From positions 275,892-339,891 of the forward strand of contig JAIYDZ010000006.1 of assembly GCA_027487215.1 (NCBI GenBank): a stretch of DNA of 64,000 nt, read 5' to 3'. Both the position numbers and the translations under genes were made by a program. The notes under the pieces are model-generated. The model worked only from the letters and a program-made list of their open reading frames with translations. It searched no databases and was not told the origin of the DNA. Below are positions 17,585 through 27,632 of this stretch, in pieces. Each line of letters opens with the position of its first letter. Positions within the stretch are counted from its first letter, which is position 1. The DNA is from Pseudomonadota bacterium (lineage in GTDB: Bacteria; Babelota; Babeliae; Babelales; CAIQNR01).

Positions 17585-18167
17585 AATTATTGACAGCTCG
17601 CTTATTACCTGGACTGCCCAAAGTTGGCAATGGGACATTGTCCCTGAGTTTGGATCAGTCGTTGCCATTGTTACTAAAAAACGGACACTCTTTGGCATTG
17701 TGTATGATATTAAAACCGGTTCACTGGAACCTGGACGCTATCCGTTTACTTATCAAAAAACAGAAGAAGAGCTTCTTGAAGAACAACCACAAATTTTTGA
17801 GTTTTTAAAAACAACCTTTTCGTGCCTTACTTTAGGGTTTCAAGAACAGGAGGCGATATTTCATCAACTTGCGCCTGAACCACCAAAAATTCATGCGTTT
17901 GTTGCTTCTATGACTCCCGAGCAATATAAACAGTTTTTTATTTCAACCGGTTACTTACATCTGCTGTTTGCTTCATCAGGAATCTGCATGGTTGATGAAC
18001 TGCTTTTGGCCCTGCTGAGAAATTTTCACAAAAACAATCTCCTGAGTGAAGAAAAGTTTGCAGAATTTATTGACGCAATTGCACAACTGAGTGGTAACGA
18101 TTATCGTCGACTTAAGCTGCTCATTAAACGAATCCCTTCCCATTATCGTTTACCTAAACAGTCGTAG
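17547..18167 (+). CDS. Hypothetical protein
   Basis: 206-aa ORF with a TTG start overlapping the rnhB end. No motif recognised. Start uncertain. Confidence 0.35.
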   Translation: METRHSKHRYFAEIIDSSLITWTAQSWQWDIVPEFGSVVAIVTKKRTLFGIVYDIKTGSLEPGRYPFTYQKTEEELLEEQPQIFEFLKTTFSCLTLGFQEQEAIFHQLAPEPPKIHAFVASMTPEQYKQFFISTGYLHLLFASSGICMVDELLLALLRNFHKNNLLSEEKFAEFIDAIAQLSGNDYRRLKLLIKRIPSHYRLPKQS

Positions 18168-18174
18168 GAAAAAA

Positions 18175-19065
18175 ATGCTCACTATAAAAGATGCGCTGAT
18201 AACAACCACCCACAAACTTACCGCTCTCTATGAACCATCCCATGCACACATGGTAGCTCTCTGGCTTTTGGAAAAAGTAACGGGTAAAAGTCCCGCACTT
18301 CTTATGGTACATCAGACCAGTGAGCTTTCTGCATCTGACCACGAAAAACTTATGACAATGCTAAGCCGACTGATTGATCAGAAATATCCTTTACAATACC
18401 TGCTTGGAAGTGTCCCTTTTGGTTCAATTGATATTATATGCAAAGAACCAGTACTCATTCCACGCCCCGAAACAGAACACTGGGTAACAGAACTTATTGA
18501 GTATCTTGCACCCTTTGCTGACCAACCACTGACTATTCTTGATATGTGTACCGGATCGGGATGTATTGGACTCGCGCTGGCACATGCCTTTAAAAACAGT
18601 ACCGTCCATGCGGTTGATAATACTCCTCAAGCACTTGAGCTGGCACATGATAACGCCGCTCATAATGATATTACTAACTTTATTGTGCACAGTTCAGATG
18701 GATTTACTCAGCTTGCTCCCTCGCTCCGTTTTGATCTGATTGTTTCAAATCCTCCATACATTGATCAGGAACTTTATAAAACGCTAGAACCGGTAGTAAA
18801 AGATTGGGAAGACAGAAATGCACTCGTGGCAGATAACGACGGGCTTGCGCTTTATGAACGTTTTGCTGTTGATATTCCAGCATGGCTTAAAAAAGACAGT
18901 ATTATTCCCTCGGACTATTCTCGTATTGTAATGGAAATTGGATCTGACCAAGGACTGAGCGTAAGTGAGCTTTTTAAAGCGGCAGGTTTTACGCACGTCG
19001 CGGTGAAAAAAGATCAGTATGAAAAAGATCGTACTGTGTGGGCAGCAGCTGCAGATCGATATTGA
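18175..19065 (+). CDS. prmC: Release-factor glutamine N5-methyltransferase
   Basis: LDMCTGSGCIGLALA (SAM-binding) and VSNPPYI catalytic motif. ATG 18175 (MLTIKDAL) is preferred over the track's upstream start. Confidence 0.85.
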   Translation: MLTIKDALITTTHKLTALYEPSHAHMVALWLLEKVTGKSPALLMVHQTSELSASDHEKLMTMLSRLIDQKYPLQYLLGSVPFGSIDIICKEPVLIPRPETEHWVTELIEYLAPFADQPLTILDMCTGSGCIGLALAHAFKNSTVHAVDNTPQALELAHDNAAHNDITNFIVHSSDGFTQLAPSLRFDLIVSNPPYIDQELYKTLEPVVKDWEDRNALVADNDGLALYERFAVDIPAWLKKDSIIPSDYSRIVMEIGSDQGLSVSELFKAAGFTHVAVKKDQYEKDRTVWAAAADRY

Positions 19066-19104
19066 AGTTGTACTCCTTACGATCTCTGTTACACTTACTT
19101 CATC

Positions 19105-20916
19105 ATGAAAATTCAAAAACTAGCCCCTCAAGAAGCACAAAAGATTGCTGCTGGAGAAGTTGTAGAACGTCCGGCAAACATTATTAAAGAACTGATTGAA
19201 AACAGCATTGATGCTGGAGCAACAGTTATTACTATCTCTGCTTTTGAAGGTGGTAAAACGTCTCTTGTAGTAAGTGACAACGGTTCAGGCATGAGCGTAC
19301 AAGATGCGCTGCTTTGTATCGAGCGACACACAACGAGTAAAATCACCACCATTGATGAACTTTCTGCAGTCACTACCTTTGGATTTCGTGGTGAAGCGCT
19401 TGCAAGTATCTGTTCAGTTGCACGCGTTACGCTTACTACTAAAACAACTGATTCTCTTGAAGGCATCAAGCTCACGATTGAGCAGGGCGCTGTTTTAAAA
19501 AAAGAGATTATTGGGTGCCAAGTTGGGACCACTATTGAAATTAATGATCTGTTTTATATCATCCCGGTACGTAAAAAATTTTTAAAAGCCACGACAACCG
19601 AGTGGAATCATATTCTGTCGCTTATTAAAGCCTGCGTTTTAAATCATCAAAACATTCATTTTATTTTAAAACATAATAATGAAACGGTGCTTAATTGTCC
19701 GCCAGTAGGCACCATACTTGACCGTGTGCAACAACTCTTTGAGCAGCCGCTTACTCAGTATTGTATTGGTGTTACTGCGCATACAGAAAATGGTATTACC
19801 GTAACAGGCGCCATTACCACTCATCATTACTCACGCTATGATCGCGGGGGAATGTTCTTTTTTGTAAACAATCGGTGGGTTAAAAATCATCAACTGGGCA
19901 GCGCGGTCATGAAAGGATACGCCAATATCCTGCATACAGGAAAATATCCAGCTGCTTTTATTATGATCAGTGTTGACCCGTTACTGGTCGATGTAAACGT
20001 GCATCCTAAAAAAGAGGAAGTATCGTTTGTCCACCCACAAAAAGTTACAACCGCAATCACGCATGCACTTAAAAACACACTTGAAGCACATCTTTCAGCA
20101 CAGCTTAAACGTGCAATCACTCTTGCACCGTTACCAGCGCTTGAAAGATTTCCACAAAGATTTGGACAGCCATCAGTATTTTCACAAGGACCTTTTTTTG
20201 AAAATCACAGCACGACTACAGCCTTCAAAAGGTCAGTAGAAACACAACCGCTCTCAATTCCTGATCACCCTTTTGAAACACACCAGCAAACTGTAATCAA
20301 TGGGCCTGCAACGCCCGAAGAACCTTCATCATTTGATGAATACACTTTGATAGGGCAGTATCATAAAACTTATTTGTTACTTGAAGTGCGTGACGGATTA
20401 ATGATCGTTGACCAACATGCAGCACATGAACGGATTTTATACGAACGTTTTAAAAAACGATTTGAAGCACTTGAACCAATCGCCCTTCTGTTTCCGATAT
20501 CAGTCACGGTTAATTCATTAGATCTAGACCTGCTTGAAAAACATTATGAACTCTTTCAGGAGTATGGTGTGCGCATAGAACGCATGGGTAAAGATCAACT
20601 CATGGTCAAAGCGACGCCTGTGTTTCTTAAAAACCAACCACTTGATGATCTTATCTATCAAACTGTTGGATGGCTTAAAGAATCACAAACTTTAAATCCT
20701 GAGGATCTTCATAAAAAAATTACTGAAAAAATTCGTGCACAAATGGCATGTAAAGCTGCGGTAAAAGCTGGTGATAATCTTACTTATGAGACCATGGAAC
20801 AGCTGCTTAAAGATCTAGCAACCGTGCCCAATCGCTGCACCTGTCCTCACGGTCGCCCAACCAGTTGGATGGTTACATTGTCTGATCTTGAAAAACAGTT
20901 TAAAAGAAAACTGTAA
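19105..20916 (+). CDS. mutL: DNA mismatch repair endonuclease MutL
   Basis: IAAGEVVERPANIIKELIENSIDAGA GHKL ATPase N-terminus. C-terminal DQHAAHERILYE (DQHAx2Ex4E endonuclease motif) and CPHGRPT. Confidence 0.92.
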   Translation: MKIQKLAPQEAQKIAAGEVVERPANIIKELIENSIDAGATVITISAFEGGKTSLVVSDNGSGMSVQDALLCIERHTTSKITTIDELSAVTTFGFRGEALASICSVARVTLTTKTTDSLEGIKLTIEQGAVLKKEIIGCQVGTTIEINDLFYIIPVRKKFLKATTTEWNHILSLIKACVLNHQNIHFILKHNNETVLNCPPVGTILDRVQQLFEQPLTQYCIGVTAHTENGITVTGAITTHHYSRYDRGGMFFFVNNRWVKNHQLGSAVMKGYANILHTGKYPAAFIMISVDPLLVDVNVHPKKEEVSFVHPQKVTTAITHALKNTLEAHLSAQLKRAITLAPLPALERFPQRFGQPSVFSQGPFFENHSTTTAFKRSVETQPLSIPDHPFETHQQTVINGPATPEEPSSFDEYTLIGQYHKTYLLLEVRDGLMIVDQHAAHERILYERFKKRFEALEPIALLFPISVTVNSLDLDLLEKHYELFQEYGVRIERMGKDQLMVKATPVFLKNQPLDDLIYQTVGWLKESQTLNPEDLHKKITEKIRAQMACKAAVKAGDNLTYETMEQLLKDLATVPNRCTCPHGRPTSWMVTLSDLEKQFKRKL

Positions 20917-20962
20917 CACTCCCTTCATCACATCGATCTCACCTTGCAAAAATCAATGTTAA

Positions 20963-21766
20963 TTAAGAAATAGATCTTTTTTGAGCGTCATTGCAAAGCT
21001 GCCTATAAAAACAGGCACATACTAAAAGCCCAACCAATTGCATGTAAAAACTCAAGAACAAAGTAAAGCTACCACTGATATATAATGGGAAAATCTGAGA
21101 GACAACCTGATCAATATTCACAATGATTCTTATGGTAGCAATTAAAGCGCATACACCACCTACAAAAAAGCACACAAGATTTAATGAATTTCTCTTTGTT
21201 ATCACATAAGCTTTACCCATTGCACTTACAACATTAGAAGAACCGTCAGCCAAAGCATGAGGGAAAAAACCTATTCGTAATAAAGGATAACATCCTAGAG
21301 CAGCAACTAAATAGGCGCTATATCTTTGAAAACCAAAGAGATTCATATCTAAAACCTTAACCGCTAAAGCTATGACACAAAGAAGATATAAAAAAACTAT
21401 GACTCCACCCAAAACAGTCCACATAAAATCTAAAAGTGTCTTAATAAAAAGATTTTTATAAGAATCAGATTTAGCTAAAACAACCCTCAAAATAAAAGCG
21501 TGGGCACAGTACAATGCAAAAACAGTTCCGCCAATTTTTAAAAATAGCCATGTCGCTACCAATTCATTACTTATAGACGAAGGACACATAATATCGAAGC
21601 AATCAATAAATGGACTAAAATAACACCCGACCATCACTCTTGAAAGTGCTGCAAAAAAGAATGGAATAAGCATCATGGCACATGAAGTTTTTAGAAAAGT
21701 TAACCAATGTTTTTTTAATTGATGGCACGCTAATCTAAGGGCCAATAGTAAAGAATTATTTTTCAC
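20963..21766 (-). CDS. Polytopic membrane protein, paralog 1 of 4 (most diverged)
   Basis: Multiple hydrophobic spans. Shared motifs ALADGSSNVVSAM...ITKRN and C-terminal CFYRQLCNDAQK. Confidence 0.6.
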   Translation of the reverse strand: MKNNSLLLALRLACHQLKKHWLTFLKTSCAMMLIPFFFAALSRVMVGCYFSPFIDCFDIMCPSSISNELVATWLFLKIGGTVFALYCAHAFILRVVLAKSDSYKNLFIKTLLDFMWTVLGGVIVFLYLLCVIALAVKVLDMNLFGFQRYSAYLVAALGCYPLLRIGFFPHALADGSSNVVSAMGKAYVITKRNSLNLVCFFVGGVCALIATIRIIVNIDQVVSQIFPLYISGSFTLFLSFYMQLVGLLVCACFYRQLCNDAQKRSIS

Positions 21767-21861
21767 GACAAGATCCTTTAAAAGATATATAACGCATGTT
21801 GGTTAAAGGTTAAATTTTTGTTCTAAAAATGCCACTTAAACTTTTGAAACTTTTACCTCAT

Positions 21862-21890
21862 AAAAAAGCGGATCTTTCGATCCGCTTAAT
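21862..21890 (-). terminator. Rho-independent terminator of paralog 2
   Basis: Plus-strand text AAAAAAGCGGATCTTTCGATCCGCTT. On the minus strand the GC-rich hairpin is followed by T6. Confidence 0.7.
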
Positions 21891-21914
21891 TTTTAAAATC
21901 TATAGATATCTTAT

Positions 21915-22769
21915 TTAATCGAGAAGGCCATTGGAATGAGCATTATTGCGCAGCTGTTTGTAAAGGCAAGCAACCGCAATAAAAAAAATAAATAAAGCCA
22001 CGGGAACAAACACTAACAGTAGAAGTACATTCACTATCCACACGATGTTTAGCAAACCACTTAGTAAGTACAGGGGAACAACAGCAATACAAAAAACAAG
22101 ACATAATAGCATATACAATACTATTCCTGACAAAGCCCACCCCACTATTCTCCATAGATTACCGTGGGTAATTTTCCAGCTCGTTGAAAATGCGTCAAAA
22201 GAGTTTTCTGCTCTGTCTGCAAGTGCATATGAAACTAAACTAGATCGAAGTAAAAGGTACACAAACACTACACTCAGCCCCATGATTACTATAACAAGAG
22301 GACCTTTAAGGGAATTAAAAGCCTGACTAACAGGAGTAAGACTCTCACTGCTGGCCGACAAACTAACAAATGCCGCTTTTAAAAATGCCATAGATACAGA
22401 AACAGGAAGAATCCAAGCGTACATATATTGAAAGTGAAGCCCAGAATTATTAAATAAATTTTTCCAGCTCAATTTATGATGCACAACGAGCCGTGTAGCT
22501 AACTTGATTAAACCAAAATAAAAAAATAAAAAAGCTATTACACAAAGCACAAGAAAAAGAGCTACAAGTCCAGGAGACTGGACTAAAAAATCTCTAAGAA
22601 CAAAATCTTTGTCGTACTCAGAGTATTGAAATACACTAAACCCAAGCATACAGGTTAAAATCAAAGACGATACAATCAGAGCAGCGCCAAGCCGCCAGAG
22701 AGACCACCATTGTTTTTTTAAAATAACAAACAGATCTTTATAAGCTGCGCTTATAGATAATTTTTTCAT
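21915..22769 (-). CDS. Polytopic membrane protein, paralog 2 of 4
   Basis: N-terminus MKKLSISAAYKDLFVILKKQWWSLW, ALADRAENSFDAF...ITHGNLWRIV, C-terminal CLYKQLRNNAHSNG. Confidence 0.6.
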   Translation of the reverse strand: MKKLSISAAYKDLFVILKKQWWSLWRLGAALIVSSLILTCMLGFSVFQYSEYDKDFVLRDFLVQSPGLVALFLVLCVIAFLFFYFGLIKLATRLVVHHKLSWKNLFNNSGLHFQYMYAWILPVSVSMAFLKAAFVSLSASSESLTPVSQAFNSLKGPLVIVIMGLSVVFVYLLLRSSLVSYALADRAENSFDAFSTSWKITHGNLWRIVGWALSGIVLYMLLCLVFCIAVVPLYLLSGLLNIVWIVNVLLLLVFVPVALFIFFIAVACLYKQLRNNAHSNGLLD

Positions 22770-22915
22770 ATAAAAACCTTGTATCTAAAAAATTTCACAT
22801 CCCTGTAAGTATACCATAGTGCCCATGGATCGCACCTGGTAGTCTACTGGGCAAACAGCATACCTTAAATAAGCCAACTCATACCTTCTTTTGAAAAAAA
22901 GCCTCGTTTGACCAT

Positions 22916-22942
22916 AAAAAAAGCGGACCTTTCAATCCGCTT
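22916..22942 (-). terminator. Rho-independent terminator of paralog 3
   Basis: Plus-strand text AAAAAAAGCGGACCTTTCAATCCGCTT. Nearly identical to the 21862 hairpin. Confidence 0.7.
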
Positions 22943-22965
22943 AAAAACCCTTAAAATCTTATTAA

Positions 22966-23838
22966 TTAGACAATACGACCATCTTCTTTGGCATTATCAA
23001 GAAGCTGTTTATAGAGACATCCCATAGCAATTAAAAAAATGACTGTTGAAAAAGAATTCGAGATAATTCGCCATATAAGGCACCCAATTTCAGAAACTGA
23101 AGAAAGCTCAAATGCTATTGCACCACTAACACTCATTACAATAAGAGAAAGAAAATATAAAAGCATAAATGCAACAACTATACGCCAAAAATTTCCACGT
23201 GTTGCAATAAAACTCCTACGCACAGCAACAAGGGTATTATCAGCTCCCTCTACCAGAGCCCACGAATAAAAAATACTACGAATAATAAGAAAGCAAAGTG
23301 AAAACAAAAAAACTAAAAGAAACGTCTTTCCTACGGTTGGATATCCAGCCTGCGTAAACGTTACAATCACCTGAGAAACAAGCGATCCGATTACACTTAT
23401 ACTTATAACCCATCCACCTATTCCCACTAAAAACCACAAAGTTCCCTTAATAACTGCTCCAAAAAGATACGCTTGAAGAGGTCTTCTCTTAAGAATATCC
23501 CATACAACCGTGGTCAATACATACATAGATACCATGGAAATAATAGCATAGAGAAAACTCCATACTTCAAAAGAAACACCCCCCTCATCAAAAAAATGGG
23601 TGGTAGAAAACCAATCAACATTATAACCATGGCTTAAAGGGAAATAAGACAGAATAGTAAGAAAATCAAATCCTGCCTCTTGCACGGCAATAGGAGTAAC
23701 TTTTGTCACTAATAGATGGAGGGTGACTGCTATAATACCCGTATAAATCAGACACAATCCAAATACAGTTGGCCAATGTTTTTTAAATTCTTTCCAGGAG
23801 GTACGGATCCAGGAGCCAACATCTAATTTTTTAATCAT
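22966..23838 (-). CDS. Polytopic membrane protein, paralog 3 of 4
   Basis: ATG 23838 is preceded by AAGGAA. MIKKLDVGSWIRTSWKEFKKHWPTVFG, ALVEGADNTLVAV...ATRGNFWRIV, C-terminal CLYKQLLDNAKEDG. Confidence 0.6.
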   Translation of the reverse strand: MIKKLDVGSWIRTSWKEFKKHWPTVFGLCLIYTGIIAVTLHLLVTKVTPIAVQEAGFDFLTILSYFPLSHGYNVDWFSTTHFFDEGGVSFEVWSFLYAIISMVSMYVLTTVVWDILKRRPLQAYLFGAVIKGTLWFLVGIGGWVISISVIGSLVSQVIVTFTQAGYPTVGKTFLLVFLFSLCFLIIRSIFYSWALVEGADNTLVAVRRSFIATRGNFWRIVVAFMLLYFLSLIVMSVSGAIAFELSSVSEIGCLIWRIISNSFSTVIFLIAMGCLYKQLLDNAKEDGRIV

Positions 23839-23880
23839 CTGCAATTCCTTAATGTAAAAAGCATTTACATACATTACAGC

Positions 23881-23908
23881 AAAAAAGGCGGACCTACTGA
23901 TCCGCCTT
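23881..23908 (-). terminator. Rho-independent terminator of paralog 4
   Basis: Plus-strand text AAAAAAGGCGGACCTACTGATCCGCCTT. Same design as the two above. Confidence 0.7.
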
Positions 23909-23930
23909 AAAAGTTTTCTTAATCTAATAA

Positions 23931-24776
23931 TTAAACAAGTTGACCGTTTTCTTTTGCATTATCACGCAGCTGCTTATAAAGACAACCACTAGCAATTGTC
24001 ATTGTCGCACTAAAAAATGCATTAATGAAAATAACCCATACCAAACGAACAAGAGGAGAAATTAAAGTAAGTTTAAGAGCAACTACTCCTCCTACAAACA
24101 TTAAGGCAGATGCAAAACAGGCTACAACCAAGAGTGCTGCAAAAAATCTCCAAAAATTATTACGTGTAACTGCAAAACTGGTTATAACAGCAGCAAGAGC
24201 ATTAGGAGCCCCATCAGCAAGCGCCCACGAAAGAAAAAGAGATCTTAACATTATTATCATAAGGCACAGCATCGCAATTACTAACGCAACTATTCCAGAA
24301 AGTGGATACCCTGCCTGAGTAGAAAGTACTACAACCTGGGTAAAGGCCTTCATGACACCATAGGTGAGAGCTACAAAAGATCCAAATCCTAGCAAGAACC
24401 ACACTGATTCTTGTAAAAACTCAGGAACAAATTTTGCATGCACATGTCTTCTTAAAAGACTGTTCCATACAAATTTGGTAAGCGCATAAGAAATTATAAA
24501 TGAAAAAGCTAAATACCCAATGCCAAATATATCCCCCGTAAGGTTATATCCTTCCGTAAAAGAATAATGGGAAACTGTCGAAAGAAACTGATTATTTCCA
24601 AACAGTGCTTCTTTTGCACTCATTACTTCGGGAGTAGCTTTATTTACCAGAAGTACCAGCGCGGCATATAAAATACTTGTAACTACCAAAGAAACGCCAA
24701 AAATAGAGGACGCATGTTTTTGCCATTCACGACAAGAACTTTTAATCCAGGAGCCAAGAGATAGTTTTTTTTCCAT
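23931..24776 (-). CDS. Polytopic membrane protein, paralog 4 of 4
   Basis: ATG 24776. MEKKLSLGSWIKSSCREWQKHASSIFG, ALADGAPNALAAV...VTRNNFWRFF, C-terminal CLYKQLRDNAKENG. Confidence 0.6.
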   Translation of the reverse strand: MEKKLSLGSWIKSSCREWQKHASSIFGVSLVVTSILYAALVLLVNKATPEVMSAKEALFGNNQFLSTVSHYSFTEGYNLTGDIFGIGYLAFSFIISYALTKFVWNSLLRRHVHAKFVPEFLQESVWFLLGFGSFVALTYGVMKAFTQVVVLSTQAGYPLSGIVALVIAMLCLMIIMLRSLFLSWALADGAPNALAAVITSFAVTRNNFWRFFAALLVVACFASALMFVGGVVALKLTLISPLVRLVWVIFINAFFSATMTIASGCLYKQLRDNAKENGQLV

Positions 24777-24860
24777 GAAAAGCCCTTTCATATGAGACAA
24801 TCTTAATCAGGGAGTGTAACACTCTTTAAAGAAAGGACAACTTGCTAAAGCTCTACCAGC

Positions 24861-25064
24861 CTATTCTCTTCCAACAGAGTGAAGAAATTCTTTAATTACC
24901 GTTACTATTGAAGGTTTATCCAAAAGATTAAGTCCATAATTGACTAACGCAAGCGCAACACACACTCCCATAATGCGCACAATAAGCTGTCCAGTGAAAA
25001 TAATGAAAACTATTACCCCAAAAGTAATAGCCGCCCCGCCCACATAGGATCTTTTAAATTCCAT
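24861..25064 (-). CDS. Small two-TM membrane protein
   Basis: 67 aa containing GGAAITFGVIVFIIFTGQLIVRIMGVCVALALVNYGL. Lies just upstream of the paralog array on the same strand. Confidence 0.4.
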   Translation of the reverse strand: MEFKRSYVGGAAITFGVIVFIIFTGQLIVRIMGVCVALALVNYGLNLLDKPSIVTVIKEFLHSVGRE

Positions 25065-25233
25065 ACATTCCTCTTTGACATGAAAGGATGAACCGTTTAT
25101 TGTTGGACATTACCATAACATTTTTTGCCTGCAAAGAGGTTGTCTGCCTGAAACCCATTTGTGACAGAAAAAATGAAACTGATGCGTTTAAATAAAAATT
25201 ACTATTGTCTGCACTACCCAACGCTATAAAACT

Positions 25234-26157
25234 ATGAAAATAATTGTCCTCTCTCGTGACCTTTCACCCGCCGACCAACAACTGTTTACCGCTGCACGAG
25301 CACGGGGGCACCGTATTAGTTTTGTCAGAGCACTTGATTGCTCATTAATGGTTGCTACGGGAAAGCTTTCCATTGCTTACCGTGACAAACCTCTTCCAAA
25401 AGCAGATTGTGTTCTTTTACGCAATACTCTTTTCTTTTGCGCTGATGGGGCAATTGTCGCCTATCATCTTGAAGCAATGGGCATTCCCGTTATTAATCCT
25501 ATTGCATCGCTTCAGCGCGCTGGCAACAAACTCAAAACATTACAGCTCTTAGGCTCACACGGTATTCAGATCCCCACAACAGGATTTTCTCTGGGCCGCG
25601 AAGCACTTGAACAGGTGGTTGATAAGGTAGGAGGAGAGCAACAGATTATTAAAACGGTACATGGCAGCTGGGGGACAGGAACTCTTCTTGCCGGCGCTCC
25701 GCTTGGATCGCATAGTCTTGCAGAAACACTACAACTCAGTTCATGCAATCCTTTAATTCAACAATTTATTGAAGAAGCTTTTGGCAAAAGTATTCGCGTG
25801 TTTGTTATTGGCAATAAAGTCGTGGCAAGCGTTGAATATGAATCGACTGAAGGTGATTTTCGTTCTAACTTCTCACGCGGGGCAGAAGGACGAGTTGTTA
25901 AACTCACTAAACAAGAAGAGGCCATGGCACTTAAAGCAACGCACCTTCTTGGTCTTAATTATTCAGGGGTCGACATTGTGCGCTCATCTGAAGGACCTTA
26001 TATTCTTGAAGTTAACGCCTCTCCTGGAACGCTTGGCATAAGTGAAGTCTCTGGTATTGATGTAGCTGATTTACTCATTGAAGAATGTGAAAAAATAGTT
26101 GCTGACAAAGAAATGTTCGTTGTTCCTGCTCGCACACAAAAAACTTTCTCTCTCTAA
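25234..26157 (+). CDS. RimK-family ATP-grasp peptide ligase (paralog A)
   Basis: NKLKTLQLLGSHGIQIPTT, GDFRSNFSRGAEG and GVDIVRSSEGPYILEVNASPG are RimK-family ATP-grasp blocks. Confidence 0.75.
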   Translation: MKIIVLSRDLSPADQQLFTAARARGHRISFVRALDCSLMVATGKLSIAYRDKPLPKADCVLLRNTLFFCADGAIVAYHLEAMGIPVINPIASLQRAGNKLKTLQLLGSHGIQIPTTGFSLGREALEQVVDKVGGEQQIIKTVHGSWGTGTLLAGAPLGSHSLAETLQLSSCNPLIQQFIEEAFGKSIRVFVIGNKVVASVEYESTEGDFRSNFSRGAEGRVVKLTKQEEAMALKATHLLGLNYSGVDIVRSSEGPYILEVNASPGTLGISEVSGIDVADLLIEECEKIVADKEMFVVPARTQKTFSL

Positions 26158-26242
26158 AAACTGCACAGAATCATTGACCAATTATGAAATAGCATTACGC
26201 TACACCCTTGTTAATAAAGGTTCTCATAATAAAGGGTCGATA

Positions 26243-26905
26243 ATGAAAAAACTTTTTTTTCTTTTAGCACTTGCACCATTTTTTTTGGATGCAACGCCTG
26301 AAGATGCTGCAAAATTGGTAAGCGTACGCGCCATCAATCCAAACATCCGCGTTGAATGTTGGTATGCAACTCAGAACAATTTCACTGGACAACAAGTGTA
26401 TCCTACAGAGCTTTTTGGTGAATGTTTTGTACTTGAAAAAGTTGCAAAAAAACTTGATAAGATACAAAAAACTCTTCAAAAAGATGGTCGTGGTTTACTC
26501 ATTTGGGATGGTTTTAGATCTCAGCAAGCTCAAGAAACTCTCTGGAACATTTGCCCTGATGAACGTTATGTAAGCGATCCTTCAAAAGGTGGCAGACACA
26601 CACGCGGCACAACCGTAGACTTAACAATTATTGATCTTAAAACTAACACACCCCTTAATATGGGCACCGGTTTTGATGTATTTACACAGCGCGCATGGTC
26701 ACATGCTGAAAATCTGTCACCAGAAATTCAAGCAAACAGAGCTTTGCTACAAAATCTCATGAAAGAACATGGATTTACTGAAGTAGAAACTGAATGGTGG
26801 CATTTTGATTATAAAAATTATAATGAATACAAACCACTTGATGTAACCTATAAAGAAATCCTTGCAAAACTTCCTGTACAATCACAACCAGAAATTGGCG
26901 CATAA
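26243..26905 (+). CDS. Secreted D-alanyl-D-alanine dipeptidase (VanX/DdpX, peptidase M15D)
   Basis: ATG 26243 with signal peptide MKKLFFLLALAPFFLDA. GGRHTRGTTVDLTI (VanX SxHxxGxAxD zinc site) and EWWHFDY. Confidence 0.8.
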   Translation: MKKLFFLLALAPFFLDATPEDAAKLVSVRAINPNIRVECWYATQNNFTGQQVYPTELFGECFVLEKVAKKLDKIQKTLQKDGRGLLIWDGFRSQQAQETLWNICPDERYVSDPSKGGRHTRGTTVDLTIIDLKTNTPLNMGTGFDVFTQRAWSHAENLSPEIQANRALLQNLMKEHGFTEVETEWWHFDYKNYNEYKPLDVTYKEILAKLPVQSQPEIGA

Positions 26906-26940
26906 TACGCCCTTTGGTGGACACTACTAAGTTTCAAAAA

Positions 26941-26982
26941 AGCTCACTACGATTCTTAAAAAAATGGTAGTGAGCTTTTTTT
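26941..26982 (+). terminator. Rho-independent terminator
   Basis: AGCTCACTAC (26941-50) pairs with GTAGTGAGCT (26967-76), followed by TTTTTT. Confidence 0.65.
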
Positions 26983-27181
26983 CTAGATAGCTATAAAAAA
27001 ACTAAAGCTCGATATATCGATTAAAAAAGCTCTAACTGGCAACCTCTTGTGTGGTCAATGCCTGAACAGCCCCCTAAAAACCTTACACACTATTCTAAAC
27101 GTTAGCTGGTCGTTAAAGACAGAGCATTGAATTTTTCACGCTGCCCCTTTACACTCTTTATAAGGGAAAAAAGAGGGAAAT

Positions 27182-27619
27182 ATGAAACGATTAGTTATTG
27201 GAAAAGAAGAGTGGTGCAGACTTGTCGATCTGGGACCACTTACACTCAAGTTCAAAACAGACACGGGCGCCACAACTTCATCGCTTCATGCGCTTGAAAT
27301 TGAACCGTTCTTTGAGAATGGTCAGGAATTTGTCCGCTTTATTACACAACTTAATCGTGGTAAAGCTTCACCAAAAATTCAATGCGTTGCTCCAGTCACA
27401 CGACGCAAGATAGTCACCAGTTCAAACGGTATCCGTGAAAAACGTGTTGTTATTAAAGCAGTACTGCATTTAGGTGACCGTATATGGCCAATCGAACTAA
27501 CTCTTGCAAATCGTAGCTCTATGCGATATCGTATGTTGCTCGGTAGAGATGCAATGCAAAACATGCTTATCAAACCGCGTAAAGCATTTTGCCTTGGTAA
27601 ACAGTTATCTTTGACGTAA
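27182..27619 (+). CDS. Retropepsin-like aspartic endopeptidase (RimB-like; old name 'putative ATP-dependent zinc protease')
   Basis: LTLKFKTDTGATTSSLHA carries the D-T-G-A aspartic-protease motif in the context typical of the family found next to rimK. Its stop is 13 nt before rimK. Confidence 0.7.
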   Translation: MKRLVIGKEEWCRLVDLGPLTLKFKTDTGATTSSLHALEIEPFFENGQEFVRFITQLNRGKASPKIQCVAPVTRRKIVTSSNGIREKRVVIKAVLHLGDRIWPIELTLANRSSMRYRMLLGRDAMQNMLIKPRKAFCLGKQLSLT

Positions 27620-27632
27620 AGGTATTAAATCA

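Noticed and set aside
19128-19532. 134-aa minus-strand ORF, plus 19304..19498, 19890..20120 and 20027..20239
   Set aside because: They are embedded in mutL, whose GHKL N-terminus spans this exact region. They are shadow ORFs.
26099-26242. N-terminal extension of the dipeptidase ORF (track start 26099). Similar extensions at 18091 (prmC), 5458 (ANK), 15388 (ANK), 42381, 45531, 23874 and 24800
   Set aside because: Internal ATGs are preceded by purine-rich Shine-Dalgarno sequences. They give either a clean signal peptide or the family-typical N-terminus. The extensions overlap upstream genes or terminators.
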